From contig CAVZRV010000011.1 of the NCBI GenBank assembly GCA_963777605.1, forward strand, positions 64,001-128,000: DNA of 64,000 bases, in the 5' to 3' direction. The stretch is from an uncultured Acidobacteriota bacterium. Its GTDB lineage: Bacteria > Acidobacteriota > UBA6911 > RPQK01 > JAPXNP01. The position numbers and the translations under genes are program-made. Position 1 is the first letter of the stretch. The number at the start of each line of letters is the position of its first letter. Shown here piece by piece: positions 28,123-37,172 of this stretch. The notes below the pieces were generated by a model, which saw nothing but the letters and a program-made list of their open reading frames with translations, had not been told where the DNA came from and searched no databases.

Positions 28123-30291
28123 ATGAAACCGAAAACGGAACTCGAACTTTTCGACGAGCTCATGGAGCGGAACTTCCGCACCGACTTCACGCTTCCGCCC
28201 GTCCATCGGCGCGACTTTGTCAAACTGCTCGGCTCCGGGATCCTGATCCTGATCGCCGCACCTTCGTGGACTGAGGCCCAGGAAGGGGGCGGAGGCTGGG
28301 GAAGACGCCTTCCCGACGACTTCAACGCATTCCTCCGAATCGGCGAAGACGGCAAAGTCACCGGTTTCACCGGGAAGATCGAGATGGGGCAGGGGGTTAA
28401 TACCTCACTGGCTCAAATGCTCGCCGACGAACTCGACGTCACCGTGAACAGCGTGACCATGGTCATGGGAGACACCGATCTCTGTCCCTGGGACATGGGC
28501 ACTTTCGGCTCCATGACAACCCGCTTCTTCGGCCCCCCGTTTCGGGAGGCAGCCGCCGAGGCGAAAGCAGTCCTCGTGGAACTTGCATCGGAACGTCTGA
28601 ACATCCCGGCGGACCGGCTCAAGACCCGTGACGGAACGGTTTACGACGAAACTTCAGGGAAGAAAATCACCTACGCTGAACTCGCCCACGGGCAGAAAAT
28701 CGTTCGTCACCTCGAAGGCAAACCCAAACTCGAGACGCCGGCGGAATTCACTATCGTGGGAAAACCGCTGCTGAGGTGCGATGCGGAGGCAAAGGTCACC
28801 GGGAGAGCCCGCTATTCGGGCGACATGCTGCAGCCGGGCATGCTCTATGCGAGCGTCCTCCGACCTCCATCGCACCGTGCCAAGCTGGCCGACGTGGATC
28901 TTTCGGCAGCCCGCGCGGAGGAGGGGGCAACAGTAGTGGAGGATGGAGACCTGATCGCGGTCCTGCACTCCGCACCCGATCTCGCCGAGCGCACGGCCGA
29001 AAAGATCAGGGCCCGCTTTGAGATCTCCAAGGACGGAATCGACGACAAAAACATTTTCGACCACCTCCTCAAGGCCGCTCCCGCCGGGGAGACGGTTGCC
29101 CAGGGGGGCGACCTGGCCGCGGGAGAGAAGGCCGCCGAGGTAATCGCGGACGAAAGCTACCTCAACAGCTACGTGGCGCACGCTCCCATTGAACCGCACA
29201 CCGCCGTCGCCAGGATGGAGGGAGATCGCCTTCTCGTCTGGGCCTCCACCCAGAATCCGTTTCGCCTGAAAGAAGAAGCCGCACAGGCCACGGGCCTGCC
29301 GCCGGAGAAGGTCCGGGTCATCCCACCCTTCGTAGGGGGAGGATTCGGAGGAAAGACGGCCAATCGCCAGGCCGTGGAAGCCGCCCGGCTGGCCAAGCTC
29401 ACCGGGAAACCGGTTCAGGTCGGGTGGAACCGGGAGGAGGAGTTCTTCCTCGACACCTTTCGTCCCGCCGGAGTGGTCAAGATCAAGGCCGGGGCGACCC
29501 GGGACGGCACGATGACGCTGTGGGACTATGGTGTCTACGCCGCCGGCGAGCGAGGATCCCAGCAATTCTACAGTGTTCCCAACCACCGGACAGTGGTCTA
29601 TGGTTCGGGCTGGATGGGAGGACGGGACAACGGCCACCCCCTGGCAACCGGGGCCTGGCGGGCACCCGCGAACAACACCAACACCTACGCCCGCGAATCC
29701 CACATCGACGTCCTGGCTTCCAAGGCCGGGATGGACCCGGTCGAGTTCAGAATGAAGAACCTGACTGACCCGCGGATGAGGAGAGTCCTCGAGGCGGTTG
29801 CCGACAAGTTTGACTGGAAGCCGGAGAAAGCACCCAGCGGGCGAGGCCTCGGAGTGTCGCTCGGCATCGATGCCGGAGCCTACGTGGCGCATATCGCCGA
29901 AGTTGAAGTCGACAAGAAAACCGGGGCGATCAGGATTCGTCGAGTCGTCTGCGTGCAGGACATGGGTCTCTGCATCAACCCGGCCGGTGCTCACCTCCAG
30001 ATGGAAGGCTGCATCACGATGGGGCTGGGTTACGCCCTGGCCGAGGAGATCCGGTTCCAGAACGGGGCGGTTCTGGACAAGAATTTCGACACCTACAAGA
30101 TCCCGCGATTCTCCTGGTTGCCCGAAATCGAAACGGTCATTCTGGATCTCAAGGACGAGCCTCCCCAGGGTGGTGGCGAACCCGCGATCATCTCCATGGG
30201 TTCGGTGATCGCCAACGCCGTCTTCGACGCCACCGGAGCCCGGCTGCTCCAGCTCCCGATGACTCCGGACCGCGTAAAGACGGCACTTTGA
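28123..30291 (+). CDS. Molybdopterin-binding subunit (IorB-like), Tat-exported
   Basis: RRDFVK Tat motif; EMGQG, GGGFGGK, GAWRAP, GGGEP. Confidence 0.92.
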   Translation: MKPKTELELFDELMERNFRTDFTLPPVHRRDFVKLLGSGILILIAAPSWTEAQEGGGGWGRRLPDDFNAFLRIGEDGKVTGFTGKIEMGQGVNTSLAQMLADELDVTVNSVTMVMGDTDLCPWDMGTFGSMTTRFFGPPFREAAAEAKAVLVELASERLNIPADRLKTRDGTVYDETSGKKITYAELAHGQKIVRHLEGKPKLETPAEFTIVGKPLLRCDAEAKVTGRARYSGDMLQPGMLYASVLRPPSHRAKLADVDLSAARAEEGATVVEDGDLIAVLHSAPDLAERTAEKIRARFEISKDGIDDKNIFDHLLKAAPAGETVAQGGDLAAGEKAAEVIADESYLNSYVAHAPIEPHTAVARMEGDRLLVWASTQNPFRLKEEAAQATGLPPEKVRVIPPFVGGGFGGKTANRQAVEAARLAKLTGKPVQVGWNREEEFFLDTFRPAGVVKIKAGATRDGTMTLWDYGVYAAGERGSQQFYSVPNHRTVVYGSGWMGGRDNGHPLATGAWRAPANNTNTYARESHIDVLASKAGMDPVEFRMKNLTDPRMRRVLEAVADKFDWKPEKAPSGRGLGVSLGIDAGAYVAHIAEVEVDKKTGAIRIRRVVCVQDMGLCINPAGAHLQMEGCITMGLGYALAEEIRFQNGAVLDKNFDTYKIPRFSWLPEIETVILDLKDEPPQGGGEPAIISMGSVIANAVFDATGARLLQLPMTPDRVKTAL

Positions 30292-30322
30292 CCTCTGGAC
30301 TGTTCACGGCTTGACTTCCGCT

Positions 30323-31606
30323 TCACGGATCAGCACCGGGTGACCCCGAGATCTGGTTGCCGTCGAGTTCCACTTCGCCGGCCTGGCTGCCCATGAAAAC
30401 GGCGGCTTGCTGGTTTCCTTTACCGGTTGACCGGATCACGTTTCCCTTGAGCACCACTCCCCGGGTGGTCCCGAGAACATAGACGCCATACGCAGCTTCC
30501 CCTGCACTTCCGTTGTCTTCGATGCGATTGTTAACGAAAGTGTTCCGGTGCCCGCTGTTCTGGTCATTCTCGTCACGGAAGGCGACGCCGCTCCGTCCGT
30601 TCTCGTAGATCTCGTTGTTTTCGAAAAGGTTGTCGGTGTCCTTGTGACCGATCGAAATGCCGTAGCGCTTGTTCCCGTAGCTCTTGTTTCCCCGGAACGT
30701 GCTGTGCTGAACCCGCCAGCAGAGGAAGATCCCGTCCTCGTCGTTGAAGCGGCTTACGCAGTTCTCGAGGAGGCTGTTGTCCGACCCGGTCCCTGGGTGG
30801 AAGCCCAATCCACCCCCGTTGGAGGCCTCACAATTCCGGACCGTGATGTTCTCCGTCACCTGCCAGCTGAACGAATCCCCGTTGAAATTGCGCACGTGCA
30901 CTCCGGAGACCTCGCAGTTGCGGGACCGGTGAATGTAGACCCCTCCGCCGACGCAACCGTTGATGTAGTCGTTCCCGGCACGGTTCCCGTCGACAACGAG
31001 ATCGGCAACCCGGACATTTTCGGCATCGATGACCGAGACGATCGGGAAGGCGTTCGATATGACCCCGTTTTTCTCGGCAATATAGTCGTGCAGGGTCGGA
31101 TGGTCAATATAGAGCACATTGTCCTCCGCAGCGGTGATCACGGCGGTTGTCACGTTCCACCCGTTGCGGTTCAGGTCGTCGGACAACTGGATGCCGGTTC
31201 CGACGTCGAACCCGGTCGGATCGGCAACGGTAATTTTCAGCATCCCGTAGTCCGCATCGATCACGAAACCGGTTCGTACCCCATCTCCTTTCATGAGGAT
31301 CGTTTCGGGCCCGGCCCCTTCGAGGCCGATATTGCTGGCCAGCCGAATCGGGCCCGACACCGCGAATGTACCGGGACTGAGCCGAACGGTGCCACCACCC
31401 CGGGTAACCAGTGCGTCGATGGCCAGTTGAATAGCCTGGGACGTGTACGCCGGCAGGTCAGCGGAAGGGCCACCAACGGTGACGACTTCAGGAGCACGCT
31501 TGATCGTGACAAGGCCTTCGACAGAGGGAAGGTCACCGGCCAGCACTGTTGAGGCGCTCCACAGAAGCGCAAGGTAAACCACTGCAAGGGAGTTTCTTCT
31601 CAGCAT
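30323..31606 (-). CDS. Secreted right-handed parallel beta-helix protein (pectin lyase-like fold)
   Basis: Signal peptide; AIQLAIDAL..GGGTVRL; Asn/Gly-rich beta-helix repeats. Confidence 0.85.
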   Translation of the reverse strand: MLRRNSLAVVYLALLWSASTVLAGDLPSVEGLVTIKRAPEVVTVGGPSADLPAYTSQAIQLAIDALVTRGGGTVRLSPGTFAVSGPIRLASNIGLEGAGPETILMKGDGVRTGFVIDADYGMLKITVADPTGFDVGTGIQLSDDLNRNGWNVTTAVITAAEDNVLYIDHPTLHDYIAEKNGVISNAFPIVSVIDAENVRVADLVVDGNRAGNDYINGCVGGGVYIHRSRNCEVSGVHVRNFNGDSFSWQVTENITVRNCEASNGGGLGFHPGTGSDNSLLENCVSRFNDEDGIFLCWRVQHSTFRGNKSYGNKRYGISIGHKDTDNLFENNEIYENGRSGVAFRDENDQNSGHRNTFVNNRIEDNGSAGEAAYGVYVLGTTRGVVLKGNVIRSTGKGNQQAAVFMGSQAGEVELDGNQISGSPGADP

Positions 31607-31655
31607 AGTCGTCTCCTGTGTTCAAAATCCTTCTGATTATGAGCGGTTTGCGACG

Positions 31656-32750
31656 TTAAAGAAACAGTGCCGCTTCAATCGTGAGACCGGGACCGAATCC
31701 GAGAGCCACGCAAGGAAGTTCGGCCCCCTGCTCGGCCAGTTTCTCCAGGAGGAAGATCATGGTCGCCGATGACATGTTTCCATGTCCGGCCAGGATCGCT
31801 CTCGAAACTCGGACGGCGGAAGACGGGAGCCCGAGTGCCTCTTCGGCGGCGGTCAGGATTCTGGGGCCGCCCGGATGGATCGCCCAGGTTCGGATGTCAC
31901 CGCGAGAAAGCCCCGACGAGGCCAGCCAGCGATCCACGTAGGACGCCAACTCCCGCCTAATCAATTCGGGCACCTGAGCGGACAAGGTCATCTGGAAACC
32001 ATGGTCACCAATCCGCCAGGTCATCGCATCAGCCGATCCGGGGACAAGACAGGTCCCGTTCCGGACCGCAGTCCAGGAACTCACTTCCCCTCCCCTTGAC
32101 GTCCCGTGACATCCGACGATGGCCCCGGCGCCATCTGCAAAGAGAGAGTTGGAGACAACCTGGTCCGAATCCCACCCATACTGGAAGTGGAGCGTGCAAA
32201 GCTCGACGGACACGATCAGAACGCGGGTCATCGGGTCGGCTGCTGCAAACGACGACCCGACCCGGATCGCATTGAGGGCTGCGTGGCATCCCATGAACCC
32301 GACTTGAACGCGCTCCACCTCTGGATTGAGGCCGAGCCCGGTGATGATGTCGTAGTCAATGCCGGGAGCATAGAAACCGGTGCAGGAAACGGTAATTAGG
32401 TGGGTGATGTCCCCGGCTCCAAGATCCGCGCGCTCCAGCGCCACTTTTGACGCGCGCACCGCCATCTCTCCAGCATGCCGTTCGAATCTCGTCATCCGAG
32501 CCGCAGTGGTCGGACCACGGTCTTCAGGAGTTGTTCGGAGATGAAAGAAGTCGTGATTGGGCTTGCCTCCACCTTCATCCATCAACACGCTGCCCCGCTC
32601 GCGGATCCGGGTCCTCCGGTAGAGGACCTTGATCAGCCGTTCCTGGTCCTCCGACTCGCAGCAAAGGGGTGCGGCGAATTCAGCGGTTTCCATCTGATCG
32701 AGGGAATGGCGGGGAGGAGCGGAAGCCAGCGCCAGAATCTTGAGAGCCAT
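31656..32750 (-). CDS. Type III polyketide synthase (chalcone/stilbene synthase family)
   Basis: Cys-His-Asn triad: GFMGCHA, WAIHPGG, GNMSS; GFGPGLT. Confidence 0.95.
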   Translation of the reverse strand: MALKILALASAPPRHSLDQMETAEFAAPLCCESEDQERLIKVLYRRTRIRERGSVLMDEGGGKPNHDFFHLRTTPEDRGPTTAARMTRFERHAGEMAVRASKVALERADLGAGDITHLITVSCTGFYAPGIDYDIITGLGLNPEVERVQVGFMGCHAALNAIRVGSSFAAADPMTRVLIVSVELCTLHFQYGWDSDQVVSNSLFADGAGAIVGCHGTSRGGEVSSWTAVRNGTCLVPGSADAMTWRIGDHGFQMTLSAQVPELIRRELASYVDRWLASSGLSRGDIRTWAIHPGGPRILTAAEEALGLPSSAVRVSRAILAGHGNMSSATMIFLLEKLAEQGAELPCVALGFGPGLTIEAALFL

Positions 32751-32753
32751 GGG

Positions 32754-33896
32754 TCAGTGCCTTTCGACGATGGGCCGGTTCAGACCGGCGATGAAGGGGC
32801 GAGCCCAGAACGAAGTCACCCCAAGAGACAGAAGGAGGAGCCTGCTCACCCGGGGCCGGGAGAGAACCGCGCGCAGGACGCGGCAGGCGGCCTGACGACG
32901 TCCGATCTCCCTGCGGTGGACTCGAACCCACCGATCGGCTAGCGACGGGTCCCAAATTCCGCACGACTGCAGCACGAACGGCACCACCAGGAGGGCGGAG
33001 TTCATCGCCCAAGCGATGCCTTCGCCGGTAAATGGCTCGACGTACCCGGTCGAGTCCCCGATCAAAAAGAGGCGGGGCCCCGCGATCGCCGTACGATAAC
33101 GCGTCAGTGGGGGGGTGCCCCGTACTCCCCACGTCAGTTTGAATCCCGAGTCGACTCCATTGGAGGCCAGAATATGACGGATCGCAACCTCCGGTGATGC
33201 CCCGCTCGGGCGGCTGCGATCCAGGGCAGCAGCGACATCGAGGCTGCCATCCTCCAGCTTGACCATCCCCACGTATCCTTCCGGCGCTACCACCATCCGG
33301 ATAACACCTCTGGGGAGGTCGGCACCAGAGCCATCGGCCACCAATCCGACACCGATCCGGGACGCCGGGGCAATCGCTGGCGCATACTCCGAATGCCTCC
33401 GGAGAAACCCTCCCTCGAGCCCATCAGCGCAGATGACGACTCGTGCCCGAGTTTCATAACGGGATGCCCCATCGCGGGGCTTCAGTTCCACCGTCCATCC
33501 CGTCTCCTCCAGATGGCCAAGCGTCGCGACGGTCTCCTGAAGGAAACGGGAGCCGGCCAGTCGGGCCTCCCGAACCAGGGCATCGTCCAGGGTCTTTCTC
33601 GACAGGACCCAACCGCCCGGAAGGGGCAGTTCCACCCGGCGCCGATACCCGATCAGGTCGAATTCTTTGATCCGGGATGCCCCCAGGCTGGGGAGGAGCC
33701 CACCAAGGCCCGTGCCTTCGAGGCTGTTCAGGGCAGCGCCATTCAGGCAGCAACCACACACCTTATTTCTGGGAAACGAAGAACGGTCAACCAGGAGCAC
33801 GGAAAGCCCCTCTCCCGCAAGGAGGCGGGCAACCGTGGACCCCGCCGGTCCCGCGCCGGCGACCAGCACGTCCCAACCGGTTCGCTCATTCTCCAA
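32754..33896 (-). CDS. FAD-dependent oxidoreductase (geranylgeranyl reductase-like)
   Basis: DVLVAGAGPAGS, FPRNKVCG, CADG, IGD...EPFTGEGI; AAGGAG RBS plus TTG. Confidence 0.9.
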   Translation of the reverse strand: MENERTGWDVLVAGAGPAGSTVARLLAGEGLSVLLVDRSSFPRNKVCGCCLNGAALNSLEGTGLGGLLPSLGASRIKEFDLIGYRRRVELPLPGGWVLSRKTLDDALVREARLAGSRFLQETVATLGHLEETGWTVELKPRDGASRYETRARVVICADGLEGGFLRRHSEYAPAIAPASRIGVGLVADGSGADLPRGVIRMVVAPEGYVGMVKLEDGSLDVAAALDRSRPSGASPEVAIRHILASNGVDSGFKLTWGVRGTPPLTRYRTAIAGPRLFLIGDSTGYVEPFTGEGIAWAMNSALLVVPFVLQSCGIWDPSLADRWVRVHRREIGRRQAACRVLRAVLSRPRVSRLLLLSLGVTSFWARPFIAGLNRPIVERH

Positions 33897-34638
33897 AGAA
33901 ACGCTCCTTCTGCCAGGACAGCACCCAACGACAAGGCCATCGTCGAGCCAGTTGGGCCCGGTTCAGACCCGCCCGCTGCGCCAGCGCTTCCATTTCGTCA
34001 AAAGCAAAGGCCGCCCGGACCGAGCGCACGGCATCGCCGTGAACGACCGGGGAGAAAGTGACGAGGCGAGGAATCAGCCAGGCCAGCAGCAGCCCAGCGG
34101 TCGTCCGGTCCAGATCGGCCAGAACGCATCCTCGCCCAACGGACTGCGAGACACGGTGGAGGAGTTCGACGACCTGGTTCTCAGTCAAGTGATGAAGAAA
34201 AAGGCTCGAAACATAGTAGTCGTACCCCTCGGGCAAGAATCCATCACAAACATCGAACTGGAAAAACCGACAATCAAGTTTCTCACGATCCGCCGCTTCG
34301 GCGGCGATACTCACCGCCCGGGCGCTCACATCGCATCCGTCGAACTGAAAGGAGAGTTCAGACTGAACGGCCAATTTTGCCAGGCACCGCGTTATATCGC
34401 CTCCGCCACAAGCCAGATCGAGAACACGGACCATTCCCCCGCGGTTTGACGAGGTAAGTCGGGTCAACTCCGACCAGATCGTGGCGGCGGTCAGGCTGAG
34501 ACGGTTGAGACGTGCCAGGCCGGAAAGCGCCTTTCGATGTGCGCTACCGTCCAGCCCGGGATCATCCATGACCTCGGCCTCGTGCCGGCGCTTGGCGACA
34601 GAAAAGCAGCGATCCACAACATGATTGAACTCTGGCAT
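33886..34638 (-). CDS. SAM-dependent methyltransferase
   Basis: EVMDDP, VLDLACGGGD, SLFLHHL, DAVRSVRAAF. Confidence 0.9.
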   Translation of the reverse strand: MPEFNHVVDRCFSVAKRRHEAEVMDDPGLDGSAHRKALSGLARLNRLSLTAATIWSELTRLTSSNRGGMVRVLDLACGGGDITRCLAKLAVQSELSFQFDGCDVSARAVSIAAEAADREKLDCRFFQFDVCDGFLPEGYDYYVSSLFLHHLTENQVVELLHRVSQSVGRGCVLADLDRTTAGLLLAWLIPRLVTFSPVVHGDAVRSVRAAFAFDEMEALAQRAGLNRAQLARRWPCRWVLSWQKERFFGE

Positions 34639-34749
34639 CGGAACCCAAGAAGAGAACGACCGGTCCGTCCGGCTTTCTCAGCAAAAATGAAGAATGCGTC
34701 GGGTGCCTTCAGTGTAACCTGAAACTTCGGTGGAATGTTCGGGCGACCT

Positions 34750-35550
34750 TCATCTTCCCGCTCTGAAGAAGGAATTGAGAAGTCCCTCCCGGAAGTCCGA
34801 TCCTTTGACAAAATAGCCCCCCATAACGGCCAGGGCTGTGTCCCGGCCCTGGTCGATCTGGTTGACCAGGACTTCCCCGTCGCCACTTCTCAGAACGCTG
34901 TGAAGACGGTCTGAGCGGACCCGGTAGGCCAACACGTCCCCTTCTCGAATTCCCCTATCCTTGAGGGCGCGATACCAAAACGGCAGGTTCTCACTGATCC
35001 GATAATAGGTATCCTCGGTAATCAAATCCCTCTTCCGGACTCGCTCCGCAGCTTCCCGGGCAAAGGAGAGGAACCGCTTCAGGCTGACATCGCGCAGAAA
35101 ACGTAATTCGACAAGAGCATCGGGAGACAGAATCGCGGCCGCCGCCACGGAATCCTCCAGCCGGGAAGAGAGTTCTTGGCCCTCGACCAGGCGGCGAAGT
35201 TCCTCCGTCGTCTGGGCCCCGAAGGTGACCCGGACGCGGGCCACTTCAATCTGGACAAAGAGAACCGCTCTTTCGAGGGTAGTTGACATTTCGGCGTAAC
35301 GGCCGTTGTGAAGCGCGTCCAGTTCCAGGTCAGCACTGCCGGGTACCTGCGCCAGAAGCAGAGAGACAGAAATCGACGCAGCCCATGCGGCTATAGCGAA
35401 ACGGCGGACCAGCGGTCCCTTCCTAAAATAACGCGGCAATCGCCGCTGAGTCTTTTCGCCGCGTCGGCTAGGATTGCAGCGCAATTTCGGGAACGGACCA
35501 CCTGGTTCTGCCCTCGAGTCATCAATACGCGCCTGATGCTGAATGCTCAA
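34750..35550 (-). CDS. Hypothetical exported protein, possible chalcone-isomerase-like fold (start uncertain, possibly ~35410)
   Basis: Signal-like VRRFAIAAWAASISVSLLLA; ELRFLRDVS...GDVLAY...ALAVMGGYF...FREGLL pattern. Confidence 0.55.
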   Translation of the reverse strand: MSIQHQARIDDSRAEPGGPFPKLRCNPSRRGEKTQRRLPRYFRKGPLVRRFAIAAWAASISVSLLLAQVPGSADLELDALHNGRYAEMSTTLERAVLFVQIEVARVRVTFGAQTTEELRRLVEGQELSSRLEDSVAAAAILSPDALVELRFLRDVSLKRFLSFAREAAERVRKRDLITEDTYYRISENLPFWYRALKDRGIREGDVLAYRVRSDRLHSVLRSGDGEVLVNQIDQGRDTALAVMGGYFVKGSDFREGLLNSFFRAGR

Positions 35551-35675
35551 GTGATTTCTTCGACCGCGGACGCGGCACCAGTGGAGTCCGGGTTCGCTCT
35601 AAACTAATCGGATTGCCTCCAAGAGTAAACCAAATTCCTGCCGGCCTACGGAAAATGTACCTCTAGTCAGTCACA

Positions 35676-35713
35676 CCCCCGGCGCCGCCGGACCATTCAC
35701 AGAGTGAAACTGG
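35676..35713. repeat. 38-bp dispersed structured repeat, copy 2
   Basis: CCCCCGGCGCCGCCGGACCATTCACAGAGTGAAACTGG. Confidence 0.85.
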
Positions 35714-35744
35714 GTTAGTCCCAGCCGACCATCGCGATTCCCCC

Positions 35745-35900
35745 GCATTCAGTACGCGAGAGAAGCGAGCGCGTCTGCGGATGTTCATCGATTGCCAATT
35801 CTGGATCTTGCCTCCACCCGAGCGCTTCCGGCCTCCGGCATCACTTCTGGCGACCCGCGAACGTTCGGCGTCGCGCTCGCTCCTCTCGCGTACTGAATGC
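35745..35900. repeat. 156-bp element bounded by 29-bp inverted repeats (MITE/REPIN-like)
   Basis: GCATTCAGTACGCGAGAGAAGCGAGCGCG (35745-35773) matches the reverse complement of 35872-35900 at 28/29 positions. Confidence 0.8.
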
Positions 35901-36028
35901 AGAGTCTCCACGCTTGTACCCAAAACAGCGGACGCAAAGCTTCTGCGGTTCTCCCAAACTCGATTCATACAGGTCCAAATCTTCCAGGTCTTCCAACCCA
36001 TCCAGGGATGAAGGTCCTACCCTCTGCC

Positions 36029-37036
36029 TTAAGCCAGTTCTTCTTTGAAGTATTCCACCTTCAGATTCTGGGCGAGGTCGGAAACCTTCTTGACCAGGGC
36101 GGCGCGATCGTCAGGGCCGAGCTCAACGAAATTCGCGGCCAATTCGATCTTCTCCCGCATCAGATCGCCGTTCTCGGCTCCGGTGATCAGGACGCTGATG
36201 GGCAGTGACCAAGCGAAGTAGAGCGCGTCCCGAACCGAAATCCGGTTGGGGATAACGGGGTCATCGGTCTCCCATCGCACCTCGCCAAGCACGCGCTTGA
36301 CCGGGAAAAACCGCCCGTCGGCCAGGGTCTTCATGGCCAGGGGAGCGATGTTTCTCTGGAGCAGAACCGGCAGAACCCCCTTGATGAAGCTCAGTTTGCT
36401 CGGGTCCAGAACGTTGATCGGCATCTGGCAAGTGTCGAAAATCTGCCGTTCCGCCGTCCGCTCGAGCATCCGCAGGTGAGCAGCCGGGTTGCGATGGCCG
36501 GTAAACCCGATGAAGCGGGTTTTCCCTTCCTGCTTGGCCTGCTCGAAGACATCCAGCACTCCGTCTTCGATGCGCTGGTCCACGTCATCCGGATCCTGGA
36601 GGGAGTGGACCTGCCACAAGTCGAGATGGTCGGTGTTGAGCCGACGGAGAGAGCCCTCGAGATGTTCCCGGGCCTCCTTGCCGGTCTTGGCCGTGCTCTT
36701 GGTCATCAGGAAGATTTCGTCCCGGAACTTTGGAGTCAGGAATCGGCCGTACCGACTTTCGCTCTCCCCGTCACCGTACGATTCCGCCGTGTCGAAAAAG
36801 CGAACTCCACCTTCGATGGCAGCTTCGATCACAGCCTGGGCGTCCAACTCAGTCGTCCAACCCACGTGGTAGCCGCCGGTGGCGAGCATGGTGACTTTCT
36901 CTCCGGTGCCACCCAAAACGCGGGTCGGCAACCGGTCCGCCTCGTCAACCACGAACTCGGTTCCGGATCCGCTGCAACCGGTCATCACACTCGATGTCAG
37001 TGCCGCCAGGCTCATCAAGAAATCTCGTCGTTCCAT
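36029..37036 (-). CDS. Tat-signal aldo/keto reductase (possible lipoprotein)
   Basis: MERRDFL...MTGC; FFDTAESY, SLRRLNTDHLDLWQVH. Confidence 0.9.
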   Translation of the reverse strand: MERRDFLMSLAALTSSVMTGCSGSGTEFVVDEADRLPTRVLGGTGEKVTMLATGGYHVGWTTELDAQAVIEAAIEGGVRFFDTAESYGDGESESRYGRFLTPKFRDEIFLMTKSTAKTGKEAREHLEGSLRRLNTDHLDLWQVHSLQDPDDVDQRIEDGVLDVFEQAKQEGKTRFIGFTGHRNPAAHLRMLERTAERQIFDTCQMPINVLDPSKLSFIKGVLPVLLQRNIAPLAMKTLADGRFFPVKRVLGEVRWETDDPVIPNRISVRDALYFAWSLPISVLITGAENGDLMREKIELAANFVELGPDDRAALVKKVSDLAQNLKVEYFKEELA

Positions 37037-37172
37037 CCTTCAATCCTGCGGCGCCGATGGGAGTACTGTCAAACTTCTTTTCCACAATTCGGGTTGGACT
37101 TGCTAGAATCCATCGAAGACCATTCAGGATTTACCCGAGCATCAACATCCAACCGATCAGGAGAGGTTGAAG

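Noticed and set aside
24554-35713. The 38-bp repeat as a CRISPR repeat or as att sites of an 11-kb element
   Set aside because: Only two copies, no spacers, no cas or integrase genes, and the intervening genes are ordinary metabolic genes.
35915-35960. c-di-GMP-I (GEMM) riboswitch suggested by GGACGCAAAGC
   Set aside because: The upstream GGCAAA/GNRA P2 stem and the P3 receptor are missing, and no gene follows on that strand.
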